In this document: positions 11,533-21,931 of the stretch, one piece after another
How positions within the stretch are numbered: position 1 is the first letter of the stretch
Layout: each line of letters begins with the position of its first letter
Assembly (NCBI GenBank): GCA_964016885.1
Contig: OZ024752.1
Span: 23,498,001-23,562,000 of the forward strand
Length of the DNA stretch: 64,000 bases
Direction: 5' to 3'
From: Eledone cirrhosa
Taxonomy: Eukaryota
The notes under the pieces: generated by a model
Told to the model about the DNA's origin: nothing
The model's database searches: none
The model's input: only the letters and a program-made list of their open reading frames with translations
Position numbers and translations under genes: made by a program

Positions 11533-11964
11533 ATATAAATTTTAGTGTGATTTTGCATGTTATTGTTATCTATGTATTTAATTTTATTCATGTAGCTAGC
11601 TCTATGTAAATCATCATTGTAATATTCTGCCTTATTATCAAAAATATTTTTATTGGATGAAATGCGTGAAATTCGTTGCTAGACACTATTGACGATAGCA
11701 TTTTTGACATTTCTAGGATGGTTAGAATGGAAGCTTACGTAGTTTAGTTTTTATTAATCTTACGGAAAGGGCAGTATAGTCCTGAGCTAAGGTTTAAAGT
11801 GACATCTAAGAAGTTAACAGTTTCATTATTATTCTCAATTTCTAATTTAAGGTTATAATTATTGAAAAATTATATGTTAGATTTCTTTTTCCTATTAACA
11901 CTATAGGTTAACAAGCTCAGTTTGTAGAATCACTTCATTTTAAACATTTTTTGAGGTCAGGAAA

Positions 11965-12490
11965 GTGCAGTGGATTGGCAGTATCGGTAGAACGTCGAAC
12001 AATATGTTTTGCGGCATATAGTTATTTTCCTTTCGTTCTGAGTTCAAATCTCACCGAGGTTAGCTTTGCCTTTCATCCTTACGGGGTCGATAAAATAATG
12101 TACCAGTAACGCACTGGGGTTTATTTAATCGACTTTCCTCTTCCCCTAAATTGCTGGCCTTGTGCCTAATTCAGAAATTATTATTAGATCTCGGGACATA
12201 TAATTACGGCCCTTTACGTTCTGAGTTCAAATCCCACCGAGGTTAGCCTTGCCTTTCATCCTTATGGGGTCGATATAATCGATTCCCCCTTCCCCTCAAA
12301 TTGCTGGCCTTGTGTTAAAAGTAGAAACCATTATTGTATCTGGAAGGGATGATGGAATGGAGGTATGGGTTAGAGCGTCGGACAAATTGCTCTGCGGTAT
12401 TTAGTTACGAGCCTTTACGTTCTCAGTTTAAATTTGTCCGTGGTCATTTTTACCTGTTATCCTTTCGGGGCTTGATAAAAGAAAGTACCA
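11965..12490 (+). mobile_element. Tandem cluster of three Meta-core SINE copies (last one degenerate)
   Basis: Repeated ctgagttcaaatc..gaggttagc.ttgcctttcatcctta.ggggtcgata and ttgctggccttgtg..agaaa motifs. Confidence 0.78.
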
Positions 12491-12649
12491 GAGATTTCGA
12501 CGGCGACCGACACATAAAAGAAGTGGCGGTCAGTTCCTGTTCCCTGAGAGACAGTGGTAGGCAGCAGGGTATACGCTGCCAACTTCTGTCAACTCCCAAA
12601 TGCCCAATTTTCAGATCAATAAAAAAATATAGTTGTTGTTGTTAAACTC

Positions 12650-12872
12650 TATAATGGTTTCTGATTTAGGCATAAGGCCGACAATTTGAAGGGGAGGAGA
12701 AAGTCGATAAATCAACCCCAGTTCCTTACTGGTGCTTTATTTTATCGACCCCGTAAGGATGAAAGACAAAGCTAACCTTGGCGGGATTTGAACTCAGAAC
12801 TTAAAGGGCCATAACTACATGCTGCGAAGCATGGCGTCCGACGCTCTACCGATATTGCCAATGCAAGCCCTA
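12650..12872 (-). mobile_element. Meta-core SINE
   Basis: Reverse complement matches the SINE head, core and tail. Confidence 0.8.
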
Positions 12873-13049
12873 TAATAAAAAAGTTCCAGCCTTGGTCCTT
12901 CCATTCATTGTTGGGCAGAATGGACCTGCCTCTCCAGGTGCAGAGCCGCAGGCCCACCGCCTTTTCTTGGTTAATCATTATTTCTATGTAACTTATTTTT
13001 TGTTAATGGAATTGAGTGTGATGTGAGGGTCTGTGTAGAGTACGCGTAT

Positions 13050-13410
13050 TGGCCAAGTTGTTAGAGTGTCAGACAAAATGATAACATTTGATCCGGTTTG
13101 TTACGTTTTGAGTCTTTTTGTTGTTTTTTTAAAAAGCTAAAGTTAATTTTGCCTTTCAACTTTCTGGAATCAATAAAATAAAACAAGCAGGGAAGTACTA
13201 GAACCGATATAACCGGTTTTTCTTCTTATCCTGCATTAAATTATAACCCATGTGCCTATGCTAGAAACTATTATTTGAAGCTGGTGGTTTGGTAAAATCA
13301 CCGAGCATCGGCCCTTTACGTTCTGAGTTAAAATCCTGTAGAGGTCAACTTAGCCATTCACCCATTCGAGGTCGATAAAAAGAGTACCTTTTAAGTACTG
13401 GGGTCAATTC
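13050..13410 (+). mobile_element. Two degenerate Meta-core SINE copies
   Basis: ttacgtt.tgagt, gaggtcaacttagccattcacccattcgaggtcgataaaa. Confidence 0.6.
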
Positions 13411-13534
13411 TTCCTCTGTATCTCTATCTCACTTCCATTCTCTCACTCTCTCTATCCTTCTCTTGAAGAAATCCTAGCGAGGATAGACACCGCCATGTTT
13501 TAGAATGCCCTAGAAACGTCCTATGTCAATGCAG

Positions 13535-14085
13535 CACCCCTACCGATGCCCTGAACGAGTGTGACTTTTTAGACCAGCCAGAGACTTGAAAACTCTGGTA
13601 CAAACACTACACTTGTGACAAATATTGACACATAGTGCTGGGCCCATGGTACCATGTGACGTCAAGTGCAGAGAGATCTCCAGATATAAAGCAATGCCTG
13701 TGCCGTGAAGCTTTTATAGTGAGCAAAGGCAGTGCACAAAGCCAGTCCCACTCTCTTAAACAAGATGATATTTACCAAAAAGAAGAACAAGTCAACATCA
13801 TTGGATACCATCAGGGTTGCAGGTGTTATATCAGAGTTTTCCTTCTCCTAGAATTCTGCCTTGACAAAGGCTAAGGGGGTCATCTCTCCCGGTGATTTTG
13901 GATGGCCATTGACTCTTAAGAGGTCCTTTGCCCTTTGACAGGTTTTGTTTTTAGTCCTGCAGGATGTCCAAAGTCACCCCCCTCACCAAGAAACCTTGGT
14001 GGGGTTGCCAGTTTAGTCGCAAACGACCCGACCATGAGACAGGTTGTACTGGGATACATGTTACATACATACACATACATATATA
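13535..14085 (-). mobile_element. Non-autonomous RTE-derived element (same family as the 22-25 kb tandem units)
   Basis: Reverse complement of the unit at 23291-23900, lacking both extreme ends. Confidence 0.78.
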
Positions 14086-14099
14086 CATACATACATAAA

Positions 14100-16425
14100 T
14101 AACAAGGTACAAAAAACTGATATTCTATCGGAGTTATCTTACAGACCTCTACCTTTAAGTTCTTAAGGGAGATACACTTATACCAGAATGGTTGACATTA
14201 GCACAAACATTACTGGTCCCCAAGAACAAAGACACCCACTTGGCAAAAGACTACCGACCCATTGCATGCCAGAACCTAATGTATAAGATGTATACAGCCT
14301 GCCTGAACCTATTCCTCCAAGATCACTGTGAAAATAATAACATCATCACAGATGAACAAGCAGCTGGAGAGAAAGGGGTTTGGGGATGTGCTGAACAACT
14401 CCTAATCAACAAAACTGCGATGTCGGAGGTGCGTCAACTTAGGAGGAATATGACTAGTCTGGCTAGACGACAGGAAAGCTTTTGATTCTGTTCCCCACTC
14501 TTGGATGATAGAGGCCCTCCAACTTTCTAAAGTCCCAGACATTATTGTCAGAGCCATAGAGAGGCTGTCTTCTTCTTGGGCTACTATCCTAAGGTTAAAG
14601 ACAGAGAGGGAGGACCCTATTTTCACTGATAAAATAAAATATTGCAGGGGTATATTTCAGGGGGACAGTCTCTCTGTGATATTATTCATCTTGTCATTAA
14701 ACCCCTTGTCCTTTCTGCTCAAGAAATGTGAGGGATACATCATTGGCTGACAGGAGGACAGAAATACGAACCTAACCCATAATTTCTTTGTGGACGATCT
14801 GAAACTCTATGCCAAGAACATGGATGGGATGAAGAAAAGTCTTGACCTGGTTACAACGATCTCAAAGGAGTTTGGCCAAGTTAAATGCTCATACATAACT
14901 GTAAAGCGGGGAAAAACATCAACTCAATCTAGCAACATTGTCATCAATGGCCTAACTGTTTCACCGATATCTGATGAGGACTGCTACAGATACCTGGGGA
15001 TAGATGAGAACATATCCTATAATGGTATCTGTAATAAAGAACGCGTAACCAAGGAATACTACACCCGATTAAGAAAGATCTGGTCATCGGAACTCTCTGC
15101 GCAAAACAAAACAGTGGCTCACAATGTGTTTGCTGTGCCTGTCCTAACACCAACGTTTGGAATACTCAATTGGACGATAGACGAAATCCGAGCCGTTGAT
15201 GTTGGAACTCGAAAAATACTGAACAAGACCGGAAACTTCCACATCAACAGTGACATAGACCGTCTTTACTTGAAACGTGAGCAGGGAGGCAGAGGCCTAA
15301 CATCAATCCAGTCAACATTTGAATGTCGCATCATATCTCTCCGACAACATCTACGAACCTCGAAGCGTAGGAGCCCGTTTCTCGAGCAAGTCTATCTGCA
15401 GGAAAGAGATAAGATCATGAAAGTTGGGAAGGAACTCCTCGAGAGATATTCCCTGTGTGATAATCAAAAACTCACATCCAGGGATGTCGCTCAGCAGTAT
15501 TGCAGTGAATCCATGGATGAAAAACTGCATGCCTATCAGCAAAAAATCATGAAAGGATATGTTGCCAGGAAGCTCCAGAGTGAGAGTAATATAGATAAGG
15601 AAAGTAGTCTATCTTGGACCAACAACCGCTATATTGGCTCCCACTTTGAAGGATACGCTTTTGCAATCCAGGAACAGGAGATTAGCACGAAATACCTGAT
15701 TCACAAAAGAGATAGGGATGCAGGCAAAACACCTAGATGTGATAACAAGTGCAGACTCGGCAGAACTAACATCGAGGATATCACCCATGTCATCAGCAGC
15801 TGTCCAAAGATGTCATCGCGGTACTATCTACCTATGAGGCATGATGTAGTGGCCAAAACACTGTACAATGCAGTTCGTAAAAAAGGTAGCCCCGATAATA
15901 AACACATTAAAAGCTACAACAATGTGGAAGACAATATAATATCAAAGATTAGTGAAAAGGAGAACATTTATGCAGAACTGATGAGAAATCTGCCCCTGAT
16001 TACACCTTCAGATTTATGCCTGTGATTATTGGGGCACTGGAGTATGTTAGTAACTGCGTATATAGAAATCTTGAGAAGCTAGGCTTCACAGGAACAGAAA
16101 GAACACAACTAGTTAGGAAATTACAAGTACAATCCATTAATGGAACAGTAAAAATATGAAGACACTCCAAAAACTTTGCATCTAATAACTGCATATACAC
16201 ATATACAGATGCAAAGCATATACGCATACACACGTACAGCTCAAAACATACACTTCCACACATACAATAACATCCATATCTACACATGCATGCATACATA
16301 CATACCTACCTAGTTAATGTTGTGTACATTCCAATGAGAGAGTCTTGTGTCTATGTTAGAAACCGACTCTCTCTCTATTGGTAAAATTTTGTGAAATTAT
16401 AAAACCAGAAGAACATATATACATA
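14100..16425 (+). mobile_element. Second R4/Dong-type RLE LINE family, 5'-truncated, endonuclease core deleted
   Basis: DYRPIACQNLMYK, GIFQGDSLSVILF, FVDDLKLY, YRYLG, LYLKREQGGRGL, CRLG..EDITHVISSC, RHD; the NRPDI..D segment is missing at ~15930; CATA-rich 3' UTR and tail. Confidence 0.88.
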
Positions 16426-16489
16426 TACATACAAATACTGGAGTCGGTTTAAATGACTAATACCCGTATGTATGGGCGTGTGGTTATGT

Positions 16490-16905
16490 CGGCAACAATT
16501 AAGACGAGTAGATTGACGTAATCTGTAGCGCGCCAGATAACATTCTTTATGACATTTAGCTACGGTCTTTTAATTTTTAGTTTAAATACGACCGGCGTCA
16601 ATTTTGCTTTTCATCATGCCGAAGTCGATAAAATATAGTACCCGTGAAATACTGGGTCAACATTATTGAGTTACCACAGCCTTACTCTATTATTGAGCAT
16701 GTACCTATATTACAACCATTGGTGGATTGGCAGTATCGGTAGAGGGTCGGACGCCATGCTTTGACGCAAAGAGTTACGGCCCTTTCCATTCTGAGTTCAA
16801 ATCCCTTCGAGGTTAACTTTGCCTTTCATCCTTACGGGGTCGATAAAATAAAGTACCAGTAATACACTGGGTTATTGCTGGCCTTGTGCCAAAAGTAGAT
16901 AATAT
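16490..16905 (+). mobile_element. Two Meta-core SINEs (old copy 16490-16715, young copy 16718-16905)
   Basis: tggattggcagtatcggtagagggtcggac..gagttcaaatccc..ggggtcgataaaataaagtaccagt. Confidence 0.8.
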
Positions 16906-17119
16906 TATCATATATTTGTTGTGAACTAAACTCTCCTGCTTTCTCATTCATCCAACCATTTCAACACAACAAACTCCATTGTTTGTTGTATAATATATAT
17001 ATACAGATAGACACATGCATACATGCATGCATATATACATACATAAAATATAAAAACAGTCATTCATACGGGTTAAGTGTTAGTCATTTAAACCAACTCC
17101 AGTATTTGTATGTATATGT

Positions 17120-20100
17120 ATATATGTTCTTCTGGTTTTATAATTTCACAAAATTTTACCAAGAGAGAGAGTCGGTTTCTAACATAGACACAAGACTCTC
17201 TCATTGGAATTTACACAACATCAACTAGGTAGGTATGTATGCATGCATGTGTAGATATGGTTGTTATTGTATGTGTGGATGTGTATGTTTTGAGCTGTAT
17301 GTGTGCATGCGTATATGCTTTGCATCTGTATATGTGTATATGCAGTTATTAGATGCAAAGTTTTTGGAGTGTCTTACATATTTTTACTGTTCCATTAATG
17401 GATTGTACTTGTAATTTCCTAACTAGTTGTGTTCTTTCTGTTCCCGTGAAGCCAAGCTTCTCAAGATTTGTATTGACGCAGTTACTAACATATCCCAGTG
17501 CACCAATAATCACAGGCATAAATCTGAAGGTGTAATCAGGGTGGAGTATCTGCAGATTTCTCATCAGTTCTGCATAAATGTTCTCCTTTTCACTAATCTT
17601 TGATATTATATTGGCATCTGCTGGGCAGCTATTTTCCACTACTGTGCATGCTTTCTTCTCCCTGTCCCATATCATAATATCTGGTCTGTTATGCCTGCAT
17701 TTTATTGGTGTTTTTACTGGAACATTCCACCAGTACTCTTTCATATTATGTACATAAATCTGAGTGTGTAATCAGGGTGGAGTATCTGCAGATTTCTCAT
17801 CAGTTCTGGATAAATGTTCTCCTTTTCACTAATCTTTGATATTATATTGTCTTCCACATTGCTGTAGCTTTTAATGTGTTTATTATCGGGGCTACCTTTT
17901 TTACGAACTGCATTGTACAGTGTTTTGGCCACTACATCATGCCTCATAGGTAGATAGTACCGCGATGACATCTTTGGACAGCTGCTGATGACATGGGTGA
18001 TATCCTCGATGTTAGTTCTGCCGAGTCTGCACTTGTTATCACATCTAGGTGTTTTGCCTGCATCCCTATCTCTTTTGTGAATCAGGTATTTCGTGCTAAT
18101 CTCCTGTTCCTGGATTGCAAAAGCGTATCCTGCAAAGTGGGAGCCAATATAGCGGTTGTTGGTCCAAGATAGACTACTTTCCTTATCTATATTACTCTCA
18201 CTCTGGAGCTTCCTGGCAACATATCCTTTCATGATTTTTTGCTGATAGGTATGCAGTTTTTCATCCATGGATTCACTGCGATACTGCTGAGCGACATCCC
18301 TGGATGTGAGTTTTTGATTATCACACAGGGAATATCTCTCGAGGAGTTCCTTCCCAACTTTCATGATCTTATCTCTTTCCTGCAGATAGACTTGCTCGAG
18401 AAACGGGTTCCTACGCTTCGAGGTTCGTAGATGTTGTCGGAGAGATATGATGCGACATTCAAATGTTGTCTGGACTGATGTTAGGCCTCTGCCTCCCTGC
18501 TCACGTTTCAAGTAAAGGCGGTCTATGTCACTGTTGATGTGGAAGTTTCCGGTGTTGTTCAGTATTTTCCGAGTTCCAACATCAACGGCTCGGATTTCGT
18601 CTATCGTCCAATTGAGTATTCCAAACGTTGGTGTTAGGACAGGCACAGCAAACACATTGTGAGCCACTGTTTTGTTTTGCGCAGAGTTCCGATGACCAGA
18701 TCTTTCTTAATCGGGTGTAGTATTCCTTGGTTACGCGTTCTTTATTACAGATACCATTATAGGATATGTTCTCATCTATCCCCAGGTATCTGTAGCAGTC
18801 CTCATCAGATATCGGTGAAACAGTTAGGCCATTGATGACAATGGTGCTAGATTGAGTTGATGTTTTTCCCGCTTTACAGTCATGTATGAGCATTTATCTT
18901 GGCCAAACTCCATTCTTATATCCTTTGAGATCGTTGTATCCAGGTCAAGACTTTTCTTCATCCCATCCATGTTCTTGGCATAGAGTTTCAGATCGTCCAC
19001 AAAGAAATTATGGGTTAGGTTCGTATTTCTGTCCTCCTGTGAGCAGAAAGGGCAAGGGGTTTAATGACAAGATGAATAATATCACAGAGAGACTGTCCCC
19101 CTGAAATATACCCCTGCAATATTTTATTTTATCAGTGAAAATAGAGTCCTCCCTCTCTGTCTTTAACCTTAGGATAGTAGCCCAAGAAGAAGACAGCCTC
19201 TCTATGGCTCTGACAATAATGTCTGGGACTTTAGAAAGTTGGAGGGCCTCTATCATCCAAGAGTGGGGAACAGAATCAAAAGCTTTCCTGTAGTCCAGCC
19301 AGACTGTAGTCATATTCCTCCTAAGTTGACGCACCTCCGACATCGCAGTTTTGTTGATTAGGAGTTGTTCAGCACATCCCCAAACCCCTTTCTTTCCAGC
19401 TGCTTGTTCATCTGTGATGATGTTATTATTTTCACAGTGATCTTGGGGGAATAGGTTCAGGCAGGCTGTATACATCTTATACATTAGGTTCTGGCATGCA
19501 ATGGGTCGGTAGTCTTTTGCCAAGTGGGTGTCTTTGTTCTTGGGGACCAGTAATGTTTGTGCTAATGTCAACCATTCTGGTATAAGTGTATCTCCCTTAA
19601 GAACGTGTTGGTAGAGGTCGGTAACATACCTCCGATAGAATATCAGGCTTTTGTACTAGTAGCCGACAATAATGTCTTCCTGGTGTTTTCTTACCTTGGA
19701 GTTTTCCCATCAGTCTCAAGGGTACCCTCTTTTATTTCGTATGTTTTTGTTGTAGTGTAGGAGCAATAGTTATTTCGGATTTCTCTTATCCACACTGCAT
19801 CTTGGTTGAAATTCTTCTTTTCATCCCATTTTTTCTCCAAAAGGAATCCATGTGTTTCTGGGATGGGACCTCAGTGACACTTATTATTTTGCCCTTCATA
19901 TCTCTATAGACTGATGTTTGGTTTCGTCTGAATCTTTTATGATGCACTTTTCTCTCATCTACCTTCTTCAGGTATCGGCGTTTTTCGCTAACAGCTCTCA
20001 ATTCTTGCTTGAAGGTGATCATCTTATATTGAAGAGTTCTGGTTCTACTGTTACCAAACATCGTCTCTATTTTATTTTTCACTCTTTGTTGGTGAGGAGT

Positions 20101-20681
20101 GAAGTTTTTTTTGTGTGTTTGTTTGCATGTAAGGAGCATTGTCACATATCCTATGGTTTTTCGTAGGTCAACAATTTCGAAGGTCAATTTCGTATGTCAA
20201 TTTCGTAGGTCAGCAATCTTTTTTTCTATTTTTGTTATATATGATGGTATTTTTGGTGGTGTTTTGTTCTTGTTAATATCTCTGCTATCACCAAGATAAT
20301 GCTTCACTGTCGTTGCTAAGGCATATAAACAGGCGTTGATTTGCCAAAATGTTGGGGTTTTTACCCGTCGTAAATATTCATCCCCTATTTCGTCAATAGC
20401 ACGTAATATTTCATTATTTGTTTTTTTTTTGAATTAAATATTGTTGTTTTAATACGTTCAGCAAGAGAAATGTTTATACAAGATTTCGTTGAGGGAAATT
20501 TTCAATTGTTTATACTTTTGATTATTATCATTATCGATAGTATTTTCCACAATAGACTCGGTAGACTCGGATGGTACATGTGGTGTCAAATTTCTTCGAT
20601 TATTATTATTATCGATTGTATTTTCCCCAGCATTCGAGGTAGACTCAGATGGTACACGAGGTGTCAAATTTCTCTCTCTCA

Positions 20682-20685
<4 letters not shown>
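17120..20685 (-). mobile_element. Longer copy of the second R4/Dong-type LINE family
   Basis: ORFs 19786-20187, 19008-19571, 18582-18893, 17741-18667 and 17349-17744 (WWNVPV..HNRPDIMIWD..PVIIGALG); near-identical to 14100-16425 in opposite orientation. Confidence 0.9.
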
Positions 20686-21144
<459 letters not shown>

Positions 21145-21444
21145 CCATTTATGTTTACTAATGGGTAGAACTGTTGATTCTGATTGGTAAATGATGATGC
21201 AATAAATTATTAAAGCACTCAACGTTATACAAATCATCCAGCGTAGGTCTGGTATCCCGTGGCTGCAGAAACGGAGTTAAGTATTCATTAAAAACAGCTA
21301 GAAAAGGCCCGACTAGCAATTTACTTTAGAATGATGCAAGAGTTAGGTGTTAATTACAGAATTAGTTCCATAAGATAACAGGATTACGTCCAATACAAAC
21401 AGAGAATAAAAAATAGAGGACCGATTCGATTTGGGGACAATTCG

Positions 21445-21735
21445 GTTTTATAGCCATGGCAGATGATATATACACTTGTTGGAGGAAACTCTCCCAGGTT
21501 GACCTCCTCTGCTTCCTATCTCTGGCCATATTGGACCATGTGGGGTAAAGGTATCGGGTCATGTCGTCCAGTCATATTGTCCTTAGCCGCCCTCTAGTTC
21601 TTCTCCAATGCCCTGCTGTCCCCTCTATCTTTCTAATAGTCCATCTGTTGTCTCTGAGACAAGAAACGTGACCTTCACATCTATGTGTGTCCTTACTGAT
21701 AGTGACCATTATGTCCCTCACTGATTTCTAATTCA
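21445..21735 (-). mobile_element. RTE-clade LINE 3' fragment
   Basis: Hand translation: GHVSCLRDNRWT..RRTRGRLRTI*LDDM..TWSNMARDRKQRR. Confidence 0.7.
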
Positions 21736-21931
21736 TGATCAAAATACAAATACAATGAATTCAGAGTATAAATCAGAAAATGTCGATTATTTTGATGTAG
21801 TACAATATGCATTGCCATTCAAGTTCGGCGTCTTTACTGTCGTATAACACTGAAAACCACACAGCATTTTAAAGTATTATAGATTTATATATGTACACAT
21901 GTATGTATGTATGTATGTATGTATGTATGTA

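Larger units (their letters stand above)
6045..11900 (-). mobile_element. Penelope-like element (RT thumb, linker, GIY-YIG, 3' region with hammerhead), 5'-truncated, interrupted by SINEs and a Dong-type LINE
   Basis: Hand translation of three collinear minus-strand pieces: ~11540-11890 TVNFLDVTLNLSSGLYCPFRK..YVSFHSNHPRNVK..RISRISSNKNIF; ~8415-8680 RTRNTIWYSPTISLGVKTPVANLFFKALDKCFP..IFNRHTIKPSYS; 7406-7865 GIY-YIG domain; hammerhead at 6087-6142. Confidence 0.85.

Noticed and set aside
16335-16382. Hammerhead in the RLE element 3' UTR (caatgag...gaaacc)
   Set aside because: No CUGANGA core; it folds as a simple hairpin
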